Shown: piece after piece, positions 55,271 through 64,000 of the stretch
Position numbering within the stretch: position 1 is the stretch's first letter
Layout: every line of letters starts with the position of its first letter
Virus record (IMG/VR): IMGVR_UViG_3300017569_000030
Coordinates: 1-64,000 of that record
Direction: 5' to 3' (one strand)
Length of the DNA stretch: 64,000 bases
From: a virus
Lineage: Duplodnaviria > Caudoviricetes
Notes under the pieces: model-generated
Told to the model about the DNA's origin: nothing
Databases searched by the model: none
Seen by the model: only the letters and a program-made list of their open reading frames with translations
Translations under genes and position numbers: made by a program

Positions 55271-55969
55271 ATGTACACAAAAGTATCAAAATTAGCTTCA
55301 CAAGTTTATAATAATATAAACTCTGGGCTACAAGGATTCAGAACAAATGATTCTATGTCTCTTGAATTACTTGCTGATTCAGTTGTACAAGAACGATTAC
55401 AAGTAATTAAAGAGTACTCATTAAAAGGAATATTACCTGTAAAGGATTTATATATATCAGTTAACTGTATTCCAGTTGATTGCAAAGATATTGAAAGATG
55501 TAGGTGTAATATGGGAAGTAGTGATGATTGTGAAAATACTGCCACAGCACATTTTGAAATACCCCAAATTGTAAATGATTATGGAGCTATGTCAATAGAC
55601 TATATAGGTTCAGCAGATCATCAATATCCATTTCTTTATTCAACATCTTCAACCATATTTAGATAGAGGAAATATCGTAAAAGAGGAAAGAAAAAACCTT
55701 TTGTTTGGATAGATACTACTCCAAATGAAAATGGAATGTATGATTGCTTTGTGTTTAATGCTCCTCTTTTAAGTACAGTATCTATATCTGCGATATTTAA
55801 GGATTTAAGACAATTAGAAGGGTATGGGTGTTGTGAAAGTAATTCTGATGATAATCTGAGCTTTATTGATAATGAAGTTGTAAGGCGTTTAACTCAAAAG
55901 ATGATTAACTGGTATCGTGCTTATGCATAGATTCCAGGACCTAACACACAAGCATACGATCAAGGATAA
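55271..55969 (+). CDS. Neck/ring-type structural protein (code 15)
   Basis: KLASQVYN..ERLQVIKEYSLKGILP; YRKRGKKKPFVWID. Confidence 0.65.
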
Positions 55970-56658
55970 TGAATAACTTCCATTACGCGCTAAGTTTAAT
56001 GAATACCTTATATGGTATTGAAATGCAAGAAGACGATTTTGAAGAAGCAGCATTGATTGCTTGGGGTCTTATTGGTAATAAAAGAACAAGATTATATAGA
56101 TATAGTACTTGTGTAGAGGATTGTTCTGAAGGAATTTAGCTTCCATGTAACTGTGAACAATTAGAAGCGGTTACAACTGATTTTGAAGAGTGGGATTATT
56201 CAACAAACGATACACCAAATGGTAATGATTATTCTGCGTTTGTTGAATCATATATAGAACACCGAAAAGCATTTAGAAATCCTTTATATTTGTCAGGTAA
56301 ACTTATAAGATATGAACGAGTAGGAGATATGCTTTATTTTGATAGGCCTCACGGACGCATTAATATACTTTATAAAGGAGTAATATTAGATGATGAAGAT
56401 CTTCCAGAAATTACTGACAAAGAAGCAACTGCTATTGCTGCTTATTGTGCCTATGTTGTTAAATTTAAAGAAGGAATGATGACTAATAATGCTGGCATAA
56501 TTCAATTAGCTAATGTATTAAAGTCAGATTGGAACATTAAATGTGATTAGGCTAGAGCAGATCACTATATGTCTCAGAATGAATGGGATGAGGTACTTGA
56601 CGCGAAGACCAGTTGGAATAGAAAGCAATATAATAAATCTTTAAAACTATATCACTAA
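55969..56658 (+). CDS. Tail tubular/ring-type protein (code 15)
   Basis: IQLPCNCEQLEAVT; SGKLIRYE; LDAKTSWNRKQY. Confidence 0.65.
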
Positions 56659-56659
56659 T

Positions 56660-57688
56660 ATGCCAAGACTTGCATTAGGTTGTGCTTTTAATTTGACCGA
56701 TATGTTTATGAATATGCCTCTTAAGAAATTGAAAATGAACTGTTACCAATGCAAAGATCTAATAGGAACTTGTCATCGAGATAAGTTAGCATCAAAAATA
56801 TTTACTAGTTGTTTAAAGTTAGTTATAGAGGATATAGTACAAAACAATGTTACTTTCTGGTTTCCTATGAATGGAATTAGAAAGTGTAATATGCATATAA
56901 AGAAAGTTGATGGGGATGAATTTAAGATTTGTCGTAGAAAAGGAAAATGGTTAGATGTTGATTTTTTAGCATCTGATTTTTCTGGATATGAAATCAGATT
57001 ATTTATGTCTGGAAATCGTACCCCTCGCGAAAAGATAGTTTATGTTACTTCTAAATATAAAAATATAATCACAGAAAAGACCAATCAAGGTTTTGCTTAC
57101 GGAGATGGTAAAAATGATAAATATTTAAAGGATTATCTCGATTAGGTATATGTTTTATATCCAAAAGTATTAAAATCTGATATAAAAAAAATTTTAAATT
57201 TTGGATGGAAGTCATTATATTTACATAATAGTTATGGTGGAGACACTTTAATAACTAATAATAAAGATGTTTGGGTTTATATTGGAAGATTAAAGAAAAA
57301 ACCTTTAGATCATTTCTATTATTATATAAGACGATTAACTGTTAAATTAAGAGTCATATATAAAAGAAAGAAATTTAAATGGGATGGTTATTATTATTTT
57401 GCATTATCTAATTCAAGATATGAATATTATTTATCTCAATTTAACAAAAGAGGACGCAAAAGAAGAACTTTTGATTTTGGATCTGTATTCTTATATGAAA
57501 TTCTTGATGAATGTAGAATAAACGAACATTATAAAAAATATATCTTCCGAGTTCCTTATATATCTTATGTTAAAATAAAATTTTTTGCTAGAGATCTAAA
57601 AACAGATAAAGCCGAATTAATTGAAATACGCGAGCCTATGAAATTTAAAGATATATCAGTTTGGGAAAATAAATATTCCGTTTTATGA
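56660..57688 (+). CDS. Basic protein, possibly IHF/HU-like DNA-binding (code 15, 342 aa)
   Basis: K/R-rich open frame; family assignment tentative. Confidence 0.55.
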
Positions 57689-60600
57689 AGAAACAAGAAG
57701 CCATTAATACGTTTACTGGTGGAATGATCAGTGATTTTAACCCAATTATCACCCCAGATAATGTATTAGTTAATGCATTAAACGCCACCTTAATTACTAT
57801 GAATGGTAATGAGAATGCATTATAGAATGATATGGGTAATGGAAGAGTAGAAACAGCCTATTTACCAGAAGGATATATTCCAGTAGGTACTTGTGAATAT
57901 GGCGATATAATTTACATTGTTTCTTTTAACCCTCTAAATAATAAATGTCAAATTGGATGCTTTCCAAGCCCAGAACGTAACATTGACAGTGATGAAATAT
58001 CTGATTGGGGAGTTGTATTATAGAATGAAGATTTTCAAAAATTTAATGGAACAGAGCCTACTGGAGAATTAATAACTAATTCTGTAAAGAAAATTATTTA
58101 TCAAAAATCCATGAATCCTGGAGATAAATATTTAATTTATGGAGATCAAATTTCGACTGGAGCAAATACTTTATCCGATTATGGGAATGTACAACATACT
58201 CATAATAGCTATCCAAAATTTATTAAAGCACATGTTGTAAGTATAGAAGATTCTGGTAAAATCACATATCTAGATTCTACAACTCAATGGTATAAAAATA
58301 GTAATAAGGATAGTAATAAGGATAATGACTATTATATTAAAAACGGACAGGTAACGAACCAAGAGGATATTGATGATTATAGAAGTAAATTGTAGTCTAA
58401 CTATTCTGTATTTCATTCTAAAATTTCTGGTAAGTTAGCTTTACTATTTGAATTAGAAAAAATCACTGGGTTTAGCTGCTCTTGGTTTTATTCTGAAGTA
58501 AAATCAACTGAAGAAAGTACTAATACTGAAGAAAATACTAATAAAGAATATAAAATTGGATTTGCTATTAATTGGACTACTGATAATAATAATATTAATC
58601 CTAAATATATTGTATTGACTAAATCTGAATGGAGTAGTAATCAAATACTTGTAAAAAAAGAAGAAACAGATGACAAAGGTATTACTAAATATATTTGGGA
58701 ACCTACTACTTATTCTGATGAAATTCCCAAAGCGTTTTTCAAAAAAGATGACACAGGTGAATATAAAGTAAATTCAGAATATTGCCATTCTGAAATAAGT
58801 AGAATTTTTTATCCAGAAAATGATAGTTGTGATTATAAAAAATTTATAACTCCTATACAAGGAGAGATTACTTCAATAGAGCATAGTAAATCTTATGATA
58901 TACAAATTAATTCAATATTATATGCTTTAAAAAAACAGGGCATAAGTAATCAAGCTGTTGAAAGTGAGATAGAATATAATTATGATAATCCTATTACTAA
59001 AATAATATATAATAGTGATAAAACAGGTATATATATAAATCCTATTTATTATAAGAAAGGCGACAATGGGAATGAATATTATACTCTACAAAATAGTGAA
59101 TATTTTAAATTAAACGAATTAAAAACTTCGGATAAATTTGTATCTGATGATATTATTAATAATACTTTAAATTATTCAGTTGTAAAAAATGATTTGCTTG
59201 ATACAACTTTTAAAGTTGATAAATCAAATGATTTAACAGGATTAATTTATCATTATTAGATTTGTCCTGCAATGCCGTATGGTATATTACAAGAATATGC
59301 TGTTGATGGATATATTGATTTTAGTAAGATTGGAACTACTAATATAGAATTAAATCAATGGCGGTATTATAACTCTGGAGAAACTTCTACTTTAACTTGG
59401 GGATTAACTGCATATACTGAACAAGACCAATCTATAAAAGATGTTACTTTTGAATTTATAGATTCAGGTGGTGTAGCAGCTTATTTTCACGCAATAAATA
59501 AAGTTTCATATAATGGAAGTTTTACTGAATATTTAATATTAAATACAAATACTAATACTTATTTAAATAATCGTAATTCTGATAGTAATTAGACATATCA
59601 CAAAGGTATTGAAGTAATATATACAGACGATAATGCATCAGATTTTGATACTACTAAATATATTTATTTAGATGGAGAGGGACAACCAGTTACAAAATTT
59701 AATCCAAATACCACCTATTATTATGATGATTGTGGTGTATTATATCCTAACTGGTTGTATTTGGTTCGTATTACTGTACGTTATGGAGTACAAGATGCAT
59801 TAGGAAATTATATTGATACTACTTCAAAAATATTTTATAGATGGCTTTGGACTAATAGTATGTTTAATGAATATTATTATACTGTTAGTGATTTTAATAA
59901 TTTATAGCCAGAATTAAATTTGAACGCTCTTGTAAATTATAAGCAAAAGGATAATTTTAAAGTAATGCAAGCTGAGTATAAATCTATAAATTCTGAAGTA
60001 GATAAATAGAATTATGAAAACTTATCTGCCACAGTTTAGGCTATTAACCAAGTAAAAACACCTGAGGCAAACTTAGGAATGAATATTACTTCGGGATTAT
60101 CTGAGAATTATGGAATGTTTTCATTACTTGATAATGATGATACTAAAGCTATTGATGTAAATATTTATTTAGCTCAAAAATACATTGAAAATTCAGTAGA
60201 ACCTACAGTTCTTAGTACAAGTTCTTCCAATTCAGTTGTATTTGCAGGAGTTAATGAAACTAGCGACGCTTCAGTTAATGATACAGTATTAAATTAGGAG
60301 GTTGGTACTGATTTACTAGCAGCACTTGGTTTAGACTAGACTAGTAATTATGAAGAAATATATGATAGTGCTACTGCTTATGAAAATTACAAAAATTCAT
60401 TTAATTTAAGAATTAAGGGTGATGCAGAACTAAACAATGAAAATTTAGGAGTTTATATATCATATAATCAAGAAGAAGTAAGTTTAGATTCAGAAACACC
60501 AGTGGGTAATGGAAAAGATGGCAAATATACTAAATATTCTTGTAAATTATAGAATATTGACAGTTATTATACTTCTGATTTTCTTGATTTAACTCTTTCC

Positions 60601-62061
60601 CTTATTCATTATAGTAAATTTTATAATACTTTAAAACAAAAATCTAAAACATTACAATTTATTAAACCATTAATTTATAATATAGAGGATTTATAGTATT
60701 ATAATTTAGATTTGAACAGTAATGATATGTGTTTTAGTAAGATAGCAACTGTATGTATAGGAGATGATGGTGATGGTGGTGATCGAACACGTCTTGGTGT
60801 TGGTTATCCTACGACACTTGACGGTAATTATATACATAAGGACGGAAATAATGATGTATTTGACCAGGTAAGGTTTCCATGGAGAGTATCTGGTAAAAAT
60901 GCTTTAAATTGGTTCAATGAAAAATACCAAATATCTGATGATGGTGAAAATTTATATAATTATATGCCTGGCATTTGTTTAGTGCTTCTTATACATCACA
61001 AGAATTATGGTAATAGGTATCAATTTGTTGATGGATATATGGAATCCAAACATAATGCAATTACAGCTAATTCTTCTTATGCATTTACTAAAATGCCGTT
61101 TGATGAATTTAAAGGACTCAATTAGAATTTCAATAATGTTTCTACGGATAATTGTGTATGTTTTTTAACTTGTATGGATGAGAATAATAATGTACATATA
61201 TTAAACAACGCTTTTAATCTTTATAAGTCGTATAGTTCAAGCAGTGGATTAGGTCTATTTGCTACTACGAACATTAATGGAACAACACAAAAGTTTCCTA
61301 TATCTAATTTAGTAGCATCTCTGTTAAGTTCTATATATTACGGATCTTCAGAATCAGTTAATCAATCAGTTGTTGTGGTTGATTCTAATATTTATTTAAG
61401 TGAACATCTTGTAAATTTTATTAATGATATTGTAATAGACATAAAACCTAAGTCATAGAATTTATCTATCTTTGAACAAAATGTAGATACTTATAATTAG
61501 TATGTTGCAATGCATACACTATCATTTAATAGTTATTTAGGGGAAATACAAAAGCAATTAATAGAAAATGATAAATAGGAAGATATTAACACTTCTAATG
61601 TCAATTTTATTCTTAATAATACAAGACTTAATGCTCCTCTAGTTATTGCATTGGAATATATACAACCAGAATCTAACTCAGAGAACTATAATTCTGTAAT
61701 TTACACTTTAGATAGTGATATTCCAATTTTATCAAATTAGACCGTTACTTCTAATATGTTATATTATTTATCTGATACAAATGAATTAATAAAATTATCT
61801 AGTAAATTTCCGTTTAAAGTATATGAGACCTTTAAAGAAAACAACGGAGTAATTCAAAGAAGTGATCCAAAAATAGTATTAAATAGTGATTTAAATTCAA
61901 GTTTTAAGTTATATAATGGAGTTTTAAAATGTACAACATCACATATTGGTGATCGAGGTCCATACGTTTATGGAATATCTGGTAAAGAAGAGACATGGTC
62001 CGAAATAACTCCTATCATAAAGAAAGAGTCATTAATATATGAAGCAAGATTAGCACAATGA
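57685..62061 (+). CDS. Large tail (stabilization/hub-type) protein (code 15, 1458 aa)
   Basis: NTFTGGMISDFNPIITPDNVLVNALNATLIT.NGNE..LQNDMGN; all fragments in one frame; TGA at 62059. Confidence 0.8.
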
Positions 62062-64000
62062 GTATTATATGGAATAAAGTAGTTGGTGATAAGTCAATTA
62101 AATTTGGAGTTTTGAGTAAAGTGACTCCGACTAAAGGTAATTTAGTGTATGAATACAATCCTTTTAGAAATTATAGACTTACTAACTATAAATTTGAGTA
62201 CAACAATTAGCTTTACTCATTAAAAGAATTATATAATGATTTTAATATATATCCTATTATAAATACAGGAACTTTTTGGAAAGTAAATGGAACTAAGTAT
62301 TATGATTTTAAGAATACAAATAAAGTTTTAGTAATAGAATAGAGTAATAATGCTATTGTGCTTGAAAATAAATCATTACTTTCTGACCAATCTTCTATTC
62401 CAACGGAAAATTATTATATATACGATAATTAGATATATCAAAAAGTTGCAACATATAAATTGAATGATACAGATTATCAAAAGACTTCTGGAAATAAAAT
62501 AACATTAAACTATTATAAGTATAGTTATAGTGATTCAGAAACTTTCTCTGGAACACAATTAACTTTTTTAATTAAAAAGAAAAACTTTGAATATATTTTC
62601 TGGCAATGGAGTAAAGCTCCTACACAAGAAACAGAGTTATTAGAATTATATACTAAGTATTCTGATGAAATCTATAATGCTTTAAAACAACTTGATTCAA
62701 TTACTTGGAATGAAAATGCATCTATTAGTATGTATTATCCAGGTGAATTAGTTGATTTTGAAACCGATTAGTTCTCTTTTTCTATTAATAATCCTGTAAA
62801 TATAGTTGCTTAGCCTAGTTATGATGGATCTGTTAATTTAATTTTAAATGATGGACTTAATTAGCCGAGATTAATTAATAGTAGGTTTAGTTCTACTGGA
62901 AGAAATACTTATGAGGTTATAGATAGAAAAGGAAATAACGATACTAATATATATGATTAGGGAGATCAATTTGATATTGATACTTCTTTATTTAAAAGAG
63001 TTACTAAAATTCCGAAAATTACTTTTAATGGAGTATCTGCAGGAGGTAATTTGAAAGTAGGAAATTATCATTTCTATTTTAAATTTGCTGATGCAGATGG
63101 AAATGAAACTGATTTTATTGGAGAATCTGGTTTAGTAAGCCTTTTTATTGGTTTTGATAATTATGCTTCAGTACAAACTGGAGAGCGAGATGAGAATAGT
63201 TTTAAAACTGTAACATTTACTATTAAGAATATTGATTCAGCTTATCAATATGTTCATGTATATTATTCTCGAAGTACTGCAGAAATTAATCAAAACGATA
63301 TTACTCAGTATGTAAAAATTGATAAAAACTTCTTAGTTAATAACGTTGCAGTTTGTACTTGTAATATTACTGGTTTTGAAAATATTATTGAAGTAACAGC
63401 AGAAGATATAAATCCTTTTTATAATATTGTAGATAGTGCTGTAGCACAAACTACATGTTAGAATATGTTATTCTTAGGTAATGTACATAAACCAGATATA
63501 AATTATAAAGAATTAAGTGATTTATCTTTAAGGTTTTTACCGTATTTGCAAGAAGAATTGTATAATTCAGATATAGATTAGAATTATGATATTTCCACCT
63601 CTAATAAAGGTTATATTGATCCAAATTTTATTTATAATAAAGTTGGATATTGGCCTAACGAAATATACAGACTTGGAGTAGTATATTTACTACCAAATGG
63701 AGAATTATCTCCAGTATTTAATATTAGGGGAATACATCAAATTACAGCATACGATGAAAATTTATATACTGATTATCCAGTATATAAAGATGGAGAACGA
63801 AATTACATACAATATAATGAAGAAACATATTATTTAATAGAATCTACATCAAATAAAAGCTATGAAAATGTTAAAGGTGTTTTAACTTTAGAGCAAGGAT
63901 CTGACACTAATACAATATATTCTATTAATATTAAAGTAGATGCAGAAGTAATTTCTGAATTAAAAAAATATGTTAAAGGTTATTTCTTTGTAAGACAAAA
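62058..64000 (+). CDS. Large tail protein, N-terminal part (runs off the window; code 15)
   Basis: KGNLVYEYNPFRNYRL; PSYDGSVNLILNDG; GNYHFYFKFADADGNETDF; QNMLFLGNV. Confidence 0.8.

Noticed and set aside
15105-55545. Minus-strand track ORFs inside the structural region (e.g. 15105, 26051, 34506, 43110, 44206, 44624, 47805, 54672)
   Set aside because: Antisense to well-supported genes or introns.
13056-64000. Many short ORF fragments that look like pseudogenes
   Set aside because: Fragments are in one frame, separated only by TAG at conserved Gln positions; they are intact code-15 genes.

Overview
Part of an AT-rich crAss-like (Crassvirales-type, Bacteroidota-infecting) phage genome. The left ~9.7 kb holds leftward small genes in the standard code, a DUF2828/vWA (TROVE-like) gene preceded by tRNA-fMet and a structured ncRNA array, two tandem iteron+wHTH modules, an HNH gene and an amber-suppressor tRNA(CUA). 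From 9.8 kb on, the late and structural genes read through TAG as Gln (code 15), so the ORF track is fragmented. Rejoined under code 15, they give a leftward lysis/cargo cluster, then TerL, portal (one group I intron), tail fibres and a diversity-generating retroelement locus. That locus has one intact RT, two different TR/VR pairs and an RT-fragment/target fusion. The major capsid gene is split by nine group I introns (10 exons, five of them <=42 nt); five introns carry homing endonucleases and one appears to end in A instead of G. Head-tail joining and tail genes follow. All joins and coordinates were worked out by hand; family names rest on motif recognition, not database searches.
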